Source of the DNA: Azolla caroliniana | Taxonomy: Eukaryota; Plantae; Polypodiophyta | Length of the DNA: 64,000 bases | Direction of reading: 5' to 3' | Assembly (NCBI GenBank): GCA_043228905.1 | Contig: JBHGNT010000001.1 | Span: 21,638,001-21,702,000 of the forward strand | Shown here: positions 36,756 to 49,035 of the stretch, piece after piece | Layout of the letters: each line of letters begins with the position of its first letter | Numbering within the stretch: position 1 is the first letter of the stretch | Notes under the pieces: generated by a model | What the model was told of the DNA's origin: nothing | What the model saw: the letters and a program-made list of their open reading frames with translations, nothing else | Databases searched by the model: none | Position numbers and translations under genes: made by a program

Positions 36756-39700
36756 TATTGAAATTCCGTGCTCGGCCACAACCGAGGAACAGGATCGATT
36801 CACAGAAAACGGGAAATACAACAATGCACGAAAGACAATAGAGAGAAAGGTACACTGGATGTTTTACGTGGAAAACCCTAAATGGGAAAAACCACGGGAG
36901 CCTCAAACTCCAACTATCACTATGAACAGGGATGTACACTGGTGAAGCTACAAGGCAACAACCTTGAGCTCACTGTCTTCGCCACAGGCGGCGGCAATAC
37001 ACAGAGGCAACGACCTCTTCGTCTCTCTCTCTCTCTCTCTCTCGGCTGCTCTCACTTCGCATGAAAATTAAGCAACAACCTCATAAAACTGTTTGCCCTA
37101 AGTCACATTTATACATATATGACTTTCGGGATATTTACAAATATAGCCCTGCATCCGGATCTCTCTCTCCGGGTACATTCGTCATCCGGCTCCGTAGCCG
37201 GGGTCTTCATCATCCGGATCCGTATCCGGGTACTCTTCATCCGGCTTCATGCCGGGTACTCTTCATCCGGTTTCATGCCGGGTACTCTTCATCCGGTTCC
37301 GTAACCGCAACCGGGCTTGCCGTCATTCATCTCCGGACATCCCATCCGGAGGGACCGTAATCCCAACAAACTCCCCCTTCACTTCGGCATGGGATGTCTC
37401 TCCAATCCGATCCTCTTCCGGCATGCTTCCAGCTTGTCGGGTGTGAGCACCTTGGTCAGCATATCCGACCCGTTCTCGTCAGTGTGGATCTTCGTCAGCA
37501 CGAACTCCTCGTCTTCTATCCTCTCCCGGATCCAGTGGTATCTCCGCTGGATGTGTTTCGTCCGGGAATGGTAGGCCGCGTTCTTCGCAAGGTGGATGGC
37601 ACTCTGACTGTCGCAGTAGAGTCGGTACTCCTCCTGTTGGATACCGAGCTCTCTAATGAAGTCCTTCATCCATATTATTTCCTTGCCGGCTTCAACAGCT
37701 GCCATGTACTACGCCTCCGTGGTTGACAACGCAACCGTCTTCTGCAGCCTCGACTGCCACGAAACGGCTCCCCCTGCATAGGTCATCACATACCCTGATG
37801 TGGACCGGCTGGTATCTGCATCAGCCGACATATCCGAATCGGTGAAGCCGTCGAGTTGGGGCTTACCGGAGCCGAATCGAAGGCACACGTTTGCCGTGCC
37901 CTTCAGGTATCGGAGTGTCCACTTGACCGCGTTCCAATGCTCTTTGCCAGGATTGCTCATGTACCGGCTTACCACTCCGACTGCATATCCTATGTCCGGT
38001 CTCGTACACACCATGGCGTACATCAAGCTCCCGACGGCTGAGGCATACGGCACTTTCATCATATCCTCCTTCTCAGCCTTTGTCTTGGGGCTCTGCTTGC
38101 TGGACAACTTGCAGTTTGCTGGGAGGGTTGACCCGACCGGTCTTGCTTCCGACATGTTGAACCGGTGAAGCACCTTCGTCACGTACTTCTCCTGTGACAG
38201 CCACAACTGCTTCTTCTTCCGGTCCCGGATGATGTGCATCCCTAGTATTTTCCTTGCCGGACCCAGGTCCTTCATTGAGAAGGTTTGGTGAAGAGCCTTC
38301 TTCAGCATCCGTATCTTGACCTGGTCCCGTCCGACGATCAACATGTCGTCCACGTACAGGAGGAGTATTAGAAAGTCTCCTCCTTCGAACTTCTTCACAA
38401 ACACGCAGTGGTCGGACTGCGTTTTGAGGTACCCTTCGTCGGTCATGAAGGAGTCGAACTTCCGGTACCATTGCCGGGGAGCCTGCTTCAATCCGTAAAG
38501 GCTCTTCTTCAACCGGCATACCAGGTGCTCCTTCCCTTTCTTCTCGAATCCTTCCGGTTGCTGCATGTAGATCTCTTCATCGAGGTCACCGTGAAGGAAT
38601 GCCGTCTTCACGTCCATCTGTTCTACCTCGAGGTCCATGCTTGCCGCTATGCTCAGCACCGTCCGGATAGAGGTCATCTTCACTACCGGGGCAAATATCT
38701 CGTCGAAGTCGACGCCCTTCTTCTGCTGGAACCCCTTCACCACGATCCTGGCTTTGTATCTCTGGGGGTTTCCGGCATCTCCCGGTTTCAGCTTGAACAC
38801 CCACTTGTTTCGAAGTGCCCGCTTTCCTTTCGGCAACTCCACAAGTTCATATGTGTGGTTCTCATGCAGGGAATCCATCTCCTCCTGCATGGCACTTAAC
38901 CACCTGCGGCTCTGGGTGTCGTGCTTTGCTTCTTCAAAGCTCTCCGGCTCCCCCTCGTCGGTTAGCAGCACGTGCTCTGGTTCCGGAAATCTCCGGGGGG
39001 CCCTTCTCTCTCTTAGAGGATATCTCCGTTCGGGAGCTTCGGTAACCGGTTCTTCCGATTCTTCTTCTTCATCCGAATCCATTTCGGGATCGGGGCCGGT
39101 TCCGGTATCATTTTCATCTTCTTCGGCCGGTTCTGTTTCTTCACCGTCTTCGGCCGGGTCTTCGAGTGTTAACCGGTCCCTTGCCGGTCGGGACTGCTCC
39201 TCGTAGAGTTTATCCTCACCGGTCGACTTGGAGCTCTTCATCTTCTTCTCCGACTCCCAGTCGGCGAGCGTCTTGTCCTCCATGAAAATGATATCTCGAC
39301 TCCTGAATATCTTCTTGTCGACCGGGTCCCATACTCGGTAGCCGAACTCGTCGTCGCCGTAACCGAGGAATATGCATGGCCGGGTCTTTGGATCTAACTT
39401 TCCTCTCCGGTCCTTTGCCACATGCACGTATGTGAGACACCCGAACACCTTCAGATGCCGGTAGGACACTTCCTTACCGGTCCACACTTTCTGCGGCGTG
39501 TCTCCGTCCAAAGGTACTGAGGGTGATCTATTTATCACATACGTCGCCGTCGACATTGCCTCAGCCCAAAATCCCTTGGGTAGTTTCGCATGCGCTAGCA
39601 TACTCCGGACCCTCTCCATTATGGTCCGGTTCATCCTCTCGGCCAGCCCGTTCAGTTCCGGCGTCTTCGGCACAGTAAACTCGAGCCGGATTCCCTTCGA

Positions 39701-42097
39701 GCGACAGTACTCCTGGAACTGCCCCCGGTATTCCCCTCCGTTATCCGCTCGTATCGCTTTCAGCTTCTTGCCGGATTCTCTTTCCACTCTCGCGTGGAGT
39801 TCTCTGAAGACGGACAACACTTGGTCCTTTGTCTTCAACGGTGCCGTCCACAGCTTCCGGCTGTGATCATCAATGAATGTCACGAAGTACTGGGCTCCGC
39901 CATGTGACTTCGTTTCTACCTGACACACATCAGTGTGCACCAGCTCCAAGGGTGCGCTACGTCTCGTCGGTGGCCTTGAGTGGAAGGAGGTCCGGTTTTG
40001 CTTACCGGCCAGGCAGTCGGTGCACTTCTCCAGGTGCACATGCTTCACTGGAATAAGGTTGTCTTCTGCAAGCCTCTTCATCCCCTTCTCACTCATGTGG
40101 CACAGTCTTTTGTGCCACAGCTCACCGGCAGTGTCGGCTGCTACATTCAGCTCTTCCGGACATAACCGGGCATTCATCAGGTACAGAGTGTTGACCTTCC
40201 GGGCCCGAGCCACTATCAGGCTCCCCTTGCTGAACTTCATTACGCCGTTCCGGATGCTACCCGTGTAGCCTTCATCATCTAGCCTCCCGGCCGAGATCAG
40301 GTTCAATCGGACCTCCGGAACGTGTCGCACATCCTTCAACAGCATCTTGCATCCGGTTGATGTCATCAGCCACACGTCTCCTATACCGGCAATTCGGCAT
40401 GTACCTTCATTTCCCATCCGGACAAAACCGTGCTCACCGGCTGTGTAGGATGAGAAGTATTTCTTCTCCGGGGTCAGGTGGAACGACGCTCCGGAATCGA
40501 CCACCCAGGTCATCTCTACGCCGGCAAGGTTCAGCTCCCTCTCTTCGGTAATGAGCATTATCTCTTCTTCACTTGCCGCGAGTGCCGTCGTTCCTTTCCG
40601 GTCCTGCCCTCGCCGATCCGGACCTCTCCGGTCCGTGGCTCCCCGGTATGCACCGTTTCTCTCCGGTGACTTCTTCGAATCGGTGTCGTCGGCTCCGTTG
40701 TCCTTTCGGTAATGCCGACAATTCTTCCGGAAGTGCCCCGGCTTCCCACAGTGGAAGCAAATGGGTCTTCCTCTTGACTGCGACCGGGTCCCCGACTTCT
40801 CCCGTCTTTGCGGACTCCGGTTCCAGTGTCTTCCCCGTTCCGATTCGGTAAGCAGCGCCTTCGAGTCGGAGGCCGGTTCTTTATCTCTCCGACGCGCTTC
40901 TTCATTTAGAATACTTGTCTTTACCGTTTGTAGGGACAAGTTGTCTTCCGTGCAGGAGGTGCTGAGAGTCACCACCAAGTTCTCCCAGCTGTCCGGCAAT
41001 GTACACATCAGGATGATGGCTTGCATTGCATCCTCCAACGGGAACTTGATCGCCGCAAGCTGGTTCACGAATCCCATGAACGTGCTTACGTGTTCCACCA
41101 TACTCTCGCCGTCCCGGTACTTGAGGTTCACTATCTTTCTCATCAGGGAGGTCCGGTTCAACGCATTCTTCCTCTCATAGAGGCCCGACAGCTTCTTCCA
41201 CATCTCATAGGCGTTCGTATCGTTCGCCACATGTTGCAGGACACTTACATCGACATATTGCCGGATCGTCGCTACTGCTTTCCGGTTCAGGAGCTTCCAC
41301 TCCGACTCAAGTACTCCCTTCGGTATTTCCGACCTGTCAATCGGTTCGTACAGGTCCCGAACAATCAGAAGATCCTCCATCTTGATCTTCCAGTCGGCGT
41401 AATTCTGCGCATTCAGCACCATCATTCCCGGCTGCCTGCTACCGCCGCCTTCCATCTTCTGTGTTATCGTCGCTCTGATACCACTTTATTGAAATTCCGT
41501 GCTCGGCCACAACCGAGGAACAGGATCGATTCACAGAAAACGGGAAATACAACAATGCACGAAAGACAATAGAGAGAAAGGTACACTGGATGTTTTACGT
41601 GGAAAACCCTAAATGGGAAAAACCACGGGAGCCTCAAACTCCAACTATCACTATGAACAGGGATGTACACTGGTGAAGCTACAAGGCAACAACCTTGAGC
41701 TCACTGTCTTCGCCACAGGCGGCGGCAATACACAGAGGCAACGACCTCTTCGTCTCTCTCTCTCTCTCTCTCGGCTGCTCTCACTTCGCATGAAAATTAA
41801 GCAACAACCTCATAAAACTGTTTGCCCTAAGTCACATTTATACATATATGACTTTCGGGATATTTACAAATATAGCCCTGCATCCGGATCTCTCTCTCCG
41901 GGTACATTCGTCATCCGGCTCCGTAGCCGGGGTCTTCATCATCCGGATCCGTATCCGGGTACTCTTCATCCGGCTTCATGCCGGGTACTCTTCATCCGGT
42001 TTCATGCCGGGTACTCTTCATCCGGTTCCGTAACCGCAACCGGGCTTGCCGTCATTCATCTCCGGACATCCCATCTGGAGGGACCGTAATCCCAACA
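36756..42097 (-). mobile_element. Very young full-length Tork-like copia copy F
   Basis: TSD CTCAC at 36751-36755 and 42098-42102. LTRs 41487-42097 and 36756-37368 differ by eye at 1 substitution and one CT unit. PBS 41472-41483, PPT 37371-37381. Confidence 0.97.
37379..41455 (-). CDS. Gag-pol polyprotein of copy F, with a single premature TAG at 37709-37711 in RNase H
   Basis: A 1248-aa ORF plus an in-frame 108-aa continuation. STTEA*YMAAV here corresponds to STTEVEYMAAV in copy G. Confidence 0.93.
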
Positions 42098-42388
42098 CTC
42101 ACTGGGTCTGCACCATCTGGCTCTCCGAAGCCCGGTACTCCTCATCCGGTTCTCACCGGGTCTACGTCATCCGGCTCTCCGTAGCTGGGTACTCCTCACC
42201 CGGTTTCAGCCTCGGCCTATTGGCCTCGGCCAAGTTTGTTCATCGGCACTGTTCTTCTCTCTTCCCATCTGGAGGGACCTGTCTCCCAACAATGCCTTGA
42301 GGGGTACGGATCACTTCGATCCCAAGGAAGTAATGAAGGACTCTGAGATCCTTCATTTCAAACGATGCCGCAAGCTGAGACTTCATGC

Positions 42389-43021
42389 TGTCGTGGAGAA
42401 AACCGTCCCTAGGCGGAAACCGGGTATAACGTGTGTAAACCGGCCCTTACACGTGGGCACAATTTTTGTTGTATAGTACGTAGATAGGTACAAGTCGACT
42501 GAGGTGAAATCCTAGGTAGCACACATTTGCTAGGGAGAAAATCGAGGCGTATCCCTGTTCGAAATGACAGGGAACAAACATGATGTAATGGGTGGTAACG
42601 GCCTCCCTCCTTGGGATTGCGTTTTGTGGAGGATGAAGTGCTGCCGGACTGAAACTGAGCTCTTCTCCTTTGCCGTCTCCATAGTCGTTTTGTGCAGGTT
42701 TCCGGGAGCCTGACTTTGCTCCGCGGAACGCCCGAGTGCTTCCAGCAGTGTCTCCATTCGCGTTCTATGTGTGTGTGTGTGCATGCGTCGGAGCCTATCA
42801 CTCACCGGCTTGCCGGTTGTAACCCCCTTGATTTATATATACATATACATTTTTTCTCTCTCCATTGTTCAGAGTTAGTTGCAACTCCTGTGAATTTGTG
42901 TGCCTCTGCGCGTGTGAAGTACATCGGTAGTTTCCTTCCCCTCTTCTCATTCGGTTATTTCTCAGTCCAAGGCCCCCGTGGTCCCGCCTCGTTCCCCACG
43001 CACGCGCGTAACAATGCGACA
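42389..43021 (+). mobile_element. Solo LTR (family X, copy 2) inserted in the C1 RT
   Basis: TGTCG...CGACA ends with a 4-bp duplication ATGC/ACGC. Its start (gaaaaccgtcccta) and subterminal ggcccccgtggt match 2912-3575. Confidence 0.8.
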
Positions 43022-44844
43022 ACGCGGCGGATTTCATCAAGGTCAGCACCGACGATGATTAAATCATCAACGTACAAGAGTAGGCTGACCGGTCCATATT
43101 GTCCTTGCGGAAAAAATAGAGAAGAGTATGATTTCGATGATACAAACCCCATCCTACGCAAGTGTTGCGTAATCTTTGCGTTCCAAGCTTGCGGGGCTTG
43201 CTTTAGTCCATACAAGGATTTCTTCAATCGGCAAACTGCCGAGGTGTTTTGTTCGGATAGAAATCCGGGGGGCTGTACCATGTACACCTGTTCCGCAAGA
43301 TCACCTTGCAGGAACGAGTTCTTTACATCAATTTGATGTAAGTGCCACCCCTTTGCTGCTGCTACCGCGATCAAAACATGGACGATCGTCATCTTTGCGA
43401 CACGCGCGAAGGTCTCGTCATAGTCCACGCCGTGCTTCTACGCGTAGTCTTTTGCTACTAAACGGGCCTTGTAGTGGTTGATGGAGCCGTCCGTGTTGTG
43501 TTTCACATTATACACACAACGGCAGCCGATCGGCTTCACACCCTTCAGTGCGTCAACTAGGTCCCATGTCTCGTTCTGCATTAAGGCGCGCATCTCTTCC
43601 TCCATTGCGGCACGCCAATTTGCATCCTTCGCCGCTTCTGCGTAGCTCTCCGGCTCACGCACTTCCGCCACTCACGTCATGTACGTGTAATGGTGCGCCA
43701 TGTACTGAATATACCCGTATCTCTTTACGGGGTTCTTCTAGCAGGTGGATCACCTTAATTCATGATTACCCAATTTCGTGACCTTTTCGGTTGATTTTGA
43801 CCTCTTCTGTGGAGGTTCCTTCTCGACTGGCTCGAGGTTAGATTCGCTTCAAACTGGCTCGGCACTACTGAAATCGTATTCCGGCGACTTCTTCTTCCCC
43901 TTGCGCGTAAACCGTCTCCTCAATGCTTTACGTGGGAACATCATGGCCGAGTCTCCACTACTCACCGTCTCATCATCTGGGTGGTCATCTCGGCCCAACA
44001 CCTCATTCGGCCCGCTTAGCTGAAATCAGATCAGACTCTCTCTCAGAGCTCCGATTTCTTCATCGTGCTGAGGCATTTCAGCCTCGCTGATTTCTTCTAC
44101 AGAAATCGGATTTGAGGTGATTTTTGGAGTCGGAGGCAAGTACCAGGATGCGGACTCGTCAAACACAACGTCGCGGCTCATGCGCGCTTGTTTGGTGCGT
44201 GAGTTATAACACTTATAACCCTTTTGCTTGTCCGAATAGCCGACCAAGATACACTTCTCGGTTTTCGCGTCCAGCTTCCTCCGTTTCTCCTTCAGCACGT
44301 GCACATACGTGATGCTGCCGAAAATCCTCAAGTGTGCCAAGTTCAGCTTCTTCCCGAAGTACAACTCATGTGGCGACACTCCTCCATTAGCAGATGTTCG
44401 ATTCTGCAGGTAGATGGCTGTCTTTACGGCTTCAACCCAATAGAATTTTGGCATATGCTTCTCTTCAAGCATTGCCGCGACCGCTTCTTCAATTGTCCGA
44501 TTCTTCCACTCGGCCATGCCGTTCTGTTGCGGCGTGTATCTACATGAGAATTCGCGTCAAATTCCCTCCTTTTGTAGATAACATGTGAATTGGTAGGAGA
44601 AGTACTCCTTCCCGCTATCGGACTGTAGGCATTTGATCTTACGCCCCGTTTCCCTTTCCACAATGCTCTTCACCTTCAGGAAAAATGGGAAGACTTCACT
44701 CTTCTTCTCAATCATGCATGCCCATGTGTGCCGAGTGAAGTCATCGATGAAGGTTACAAAGTAACGGCTGCCACCGAGACTCACGTTTTGTGCCGGACCC
44801 CACACATCCGACTGGAACAAATCCAGCGGACTTCGACTACGAAC

Positions 44845-47800
44845 AAATCCGTTGCATCGCCAGCCCAGTCGGCATCCGTGTAGCCAACAAGCTCTTCGGT
44901 TATACCTTGCCGGTATAAGAGCCCCCGGTCCTTAGTGCCACTTACATACCTCAGTATTCATTGCGTGCACTGAAGGTGCTCCATGGTTAGCTTCTACATG
45001 AATTGGCTTAGCACTCCGAACGGATAGCTAATGTTGGGTCGGGTGATGGTCAAGTAGATCAGGCTTCCGACTATTTGTCGAAACCTTTTCTCATCGTAGG
45101 CTGGTCCGGAGTTGGGACGGATCTTCTAATTCCGGTCCAGGGGTGTGGAGACAGGTCGGCATTCCATCATGCCAAACTTGTACAGTATATATTCAACACA
45201 TAATGGCGTTGAGAAAGCAATATGCCGTCGGGGGTGCAGATCACCTCGATCCCCAAAAAATAATGAAGGTCCCCAAGTCCTTCATATCGAATGCGTCCGA
45301 CAACTGGGACTTGACACGGTTGATTTCCGGAAGACCTGGGCCGGTGATGACTAAATCATCAACATAGATTAAGATACAGACCGGACCGTTTGAGCCTTGA
45401 CGGATGAACAGGGAAGAGTCTGACTTAGAGGCAACAAACCCCATCTTTCGCAACCGGTGCGTGATCTTAGCATTCCAAGCACGGGGGGCTTGCTTCAAGC
45501 CATACAACGACTTCCTCAGCCGGCATACCGCCGAATGAAATCCGGAGGGTCTCGTCGTAGTGGATTCCGTGGATCTGCGCATATCCCTTCGCCACTAACC
45601 GGGCCTTGTACTGGTTAACTATACCGTCGGCATTGTACTTTACCTTGTACACCCACTTGCATCCGATCGGTTTACAGTGACGGGGAGGGTCAACCAGGTT
45701 CCAAGTTCCGTTGGCATCCAGTGCCCGCATTTCTTCCTCCATAGCGGCACGCCAATTTGCGTCCTTTGCCGCTTCTGCATAGCTCTCCGGCTCACACACT
45801 TCCGCGACCTTGGTCATGTACGCATAATGATGCACCATGTACTCGTTATACCCGTACTGTTTAAGGGGATCCTTTTGGCGGGTGGACCGGTGTAACTCAC
45901 CGTTACCCGGCATGAGACCCTTCTTGGCTGGTTCGGTCTTCGTTCCCGAAGATCTACCTATGTCCTTGCCGAAGTCAGATACGCACCAATCCGACTCATC
46001 ATTGACGGTCTCGAATTCCGGCATCTTCTGCTTCCCTTTCTCTTTGCGTGTGAACCGTCTCCTCGGTTCCTTGCGCAGGGAGAACACGACAGAGTCTCCA
46101 CTACTCACCGTCTCATCATCCGACTGGTTGGACTGATCCAGTCTCTCATTCGGTCCACTTAACCGGAATGATTGTGGACTCTCATCTTGAGTCCCGACTT
46201 CATCTTTCTCTACCTGGGCCAGTTCAGGCTCACTAGCCCCATCCTCCGACATCGGGTCGGGATCGGAAGTCGGAGTTGGTAAGGAATACCACGATGTCGA
46301 TTCATCAAACTCGACATCTCGGCTGACTCGGACCTACTTCGTCCGGGGGTTATAACACTTATACCCCTTTTGCTCTTGAGCATAGCCGACTAGGATGCAT
46401 TTTTCCGATTTTGCATCCAGCTTTCTCTGCTTCTCATCCGGCACTTGTACATAGGCTATGCTGTAGAATATCCGGAGGTGTCTCAAATTCGGCTTGCGCC
46501 CGAAATATAGCTCGTGAGCTGACACCTTGTCCCCGATCCAGTTCTGGATGTAAACAACTGTTTGGACCACCTCCACCCAGTAGAAGTTGGGCATGCTCTT
46601 TTCCTCCAGCATTGCCCTAGCCGCGTCAATCAGCGACTGATTGTTCCTTTCGGCCACACCGTTCTGTTGCGGTGTGTATCTGCAGCTGAATTCTCGTCGA
46701 ATTCCTTTTTCTTGCAGATAGATGTTGAATTGGCCGGAAAAGCATTTGATCTTCCTCTCCGATTCCTGTTCCACCATCTTCTAGAGGCTCCGAAAACACT
46801 CGAAGACTTCGCTCTTCCGCTCAATGAGGTAGATCCACGTATGCCGCGTGTAGTCGTCGATGAAGGAGACGAAATATCGACTCCCGCCAATGCTAATAAT
46901 TTGTGCCAGTCCCCACACATCTGAATGGATAAGATCAAGCTTGTTACGGCTTCGATTTCTTTCGGTGGGGAATGGAAGCCGGTGTTGCGTCCTGAGTTGG
47001 CAGGCTTCACAAATCTGGGCTCTCTGGCCGCTAAACTTCGGCAAACCGAATACGACTTGTTCCGTTTGTAGGTCTTGAAGGCTCCGGTAGTTGACATGGT
47101 CGATCCGCTTGTGCCACAGGTCGATATCCGACTTGACCTTCTATCCTTTGGCGAACAGTGCGGTGCCGACATCATTGGTGTTGAGGATAAACATCCTCCC
47201 ATCTCTGCACCCTTGCGCAATAACTTCGCCCTCATCCTCAATGAAGCACCCGAGGTGCGTAAACCGCACCTACATCCCTTGGTCGACGATCTGTCTGACC
47301 GACACCAGGTTCTTCATGATCCTCGGAACATGTAATACATTCATCAGCTTCCACCTCTGTCCGACGTGGCTCAAAGGGACTTCTCCGACGTGCACGATCG
47401 GGTGGGGAGTGTCGTCTCCGGTTTCGACAACTCCCGGTTGATCTGGCTTCTCCAAAAAGGAGAACCACTCCCCGTGGCTCGTCATGTGGTTCGATGCGCC
47501 GGAGTCAACGTACCACACTTCCTCCGATTTGGAAGTGGTCTTCTTCATTGAGTTTGCCTTGTGCTTCATCACCAAGGTTGGCCCCTTACCGTTCTTGGAT
47601 CCTCCCGATCCGTTTGCGTAGTGCGAGCTTTGCCGGCCTTACTTATCGGTCTTGCCAGATCCGGATTTGTCCGAATCGGCACGCTTCCTCTAGCAGTCGC
47701 TTTCCCTGTGGCCCTTTTTGCCACAATACCAGCATTCCGTAGCGGATTTGTCTTGCCGGCCTCCGGCACCACCTTGACTCCCTCTGCTTGTGGAAGTCCC

Positions 47801-49035
47801 AGAAATGCTGTCGGCACGCTCATTGTGCCTTCGTTCCTGCTCTTGCCGGCCACCTCCATTACGTGCCGACCTACCTTGTCCACCACGCCCGTGGGACCGA
47901 TCTGCTCCCGTGTACAACATCCGGCTATTTGGGGATGCACTGGTAGATGCACCGGCGTGGTTCTCCTCTACAAGGAGCATCGACTGTAAGTCGAAAAATG
48001 AGGGCGTATTCTCCCTTGTACAAACCGCAGTCTGGAAAGCTCCGAACTTGGACGCCAGGCCTCCAAGTTCTTGTCTTCCTCTACGGTGACATTAATAGAG
48101 GCAAGCGAGTCACAGATCCCTTTGATCCGGGCTGTATAATCTGCCACCGACATGTTCTTTTGTTGAACATTGCTCAACTCCTATATGAGTTACAGCTTCC
48201 GGGCAGTGGTGCTTGCGGTGAAAACCTTTTTCAAGTTTCCTCAAGCATCCTTCGGTGTCTTGGCGTCATGGATATGGTTGAGCAGCTGGTCACCGACACT
48301 GGACGCGAAGCAGTACATCACCCTGCTTGCCGCTTGTTCCCACACTGGGAAGTCCTTGTGTGTCGTCTCCGGTGCTGAGTCGTTCACTCCGTCGACATAA
48401 CTCCAGTAGCCATGCCCAAGCAGGTACTGGTGCATCTTGTATGACCAAGATGCGTAGTTGGTTCTGTCGAGCTTCTCCACCGGGAGCGACGTAGCCATAC
48501 CTCTGTCCATTTCTCCTTTTGTGTCTGCTTTCCGATCTGTTAGGGTTTCCTTCACAAGCGTAGATGTCTGCAATAGAGGTTCTCAACCCACGCGCTCTGA
48601 TACCATGTAAAAGATTGCTTGCGGAAGCATTAGAAAGAACAATACACAAAGAGAGAGAGAGAGAGTGCGCGGGAGAGACAGACAGATAGAGAGAGAGCAA
48701 GACACACTATTTTTCAAAATTATATGAATACTCTGTGCTTTGTATCTACAACGCGCTCATCAACACTATTTATACAAGTCCACACGGGACTGTTAGAAGT
48801 ACGATGTACTTCAATGCTCACACGAGCATCTGACACTAACTACGAGACTATAACTGCCTAGTAGTCTAACCTATACTAGGCTTCCGGTTATGGATTGGAT
48901 CCGGCATACTGGCTCCCAAGCTCACCGGTCCTTACTACTTACCGGCTCGGTTGCTCACCGGCATACCGATTCATCTCGCTTACCGGCTCAGGCTTATTCA
49001 GCCGATCCGTCTCCGGTTGAGCTTGCCGCTCAACA
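44845..49035 (-). mobile_element. Ale-like copia C2 nested in C1, 3'-truncated
   Basis: LTR 48606-49035, PBS 48594-48605, gag (EKLDRTNYASWSY), PR (WYVDSGASNHMT), IN and RT up to GYTDADWAG. The 3' LTR is missing. Confidence 0.85.

Larger units (their letters stand above)
36101..42291 (-). mobile_element. Solo LTR of the copy B subfamily, interrupted by copy F
   Basis: TG...CA ends, TSD ATGCC at 36096-36100 and 42292-42296, and the 54-bp U3 repeats. Confidence 0.9.

Noticed and set aside
37709-37711. Programmed stop-codon readthrough in copy F
   Set aside because: The TAG replaces a conserved catalytic-region Glu that is GAG in copy G, and it lacks a CARYYA-type context. It is a point mutation or a sequencing error.
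37800-41572. Many antisense and alternative-frame ORFs over gag-pol
   Set aside because: Expected shadows of GC-rich coding sequence, with no independent motifs.
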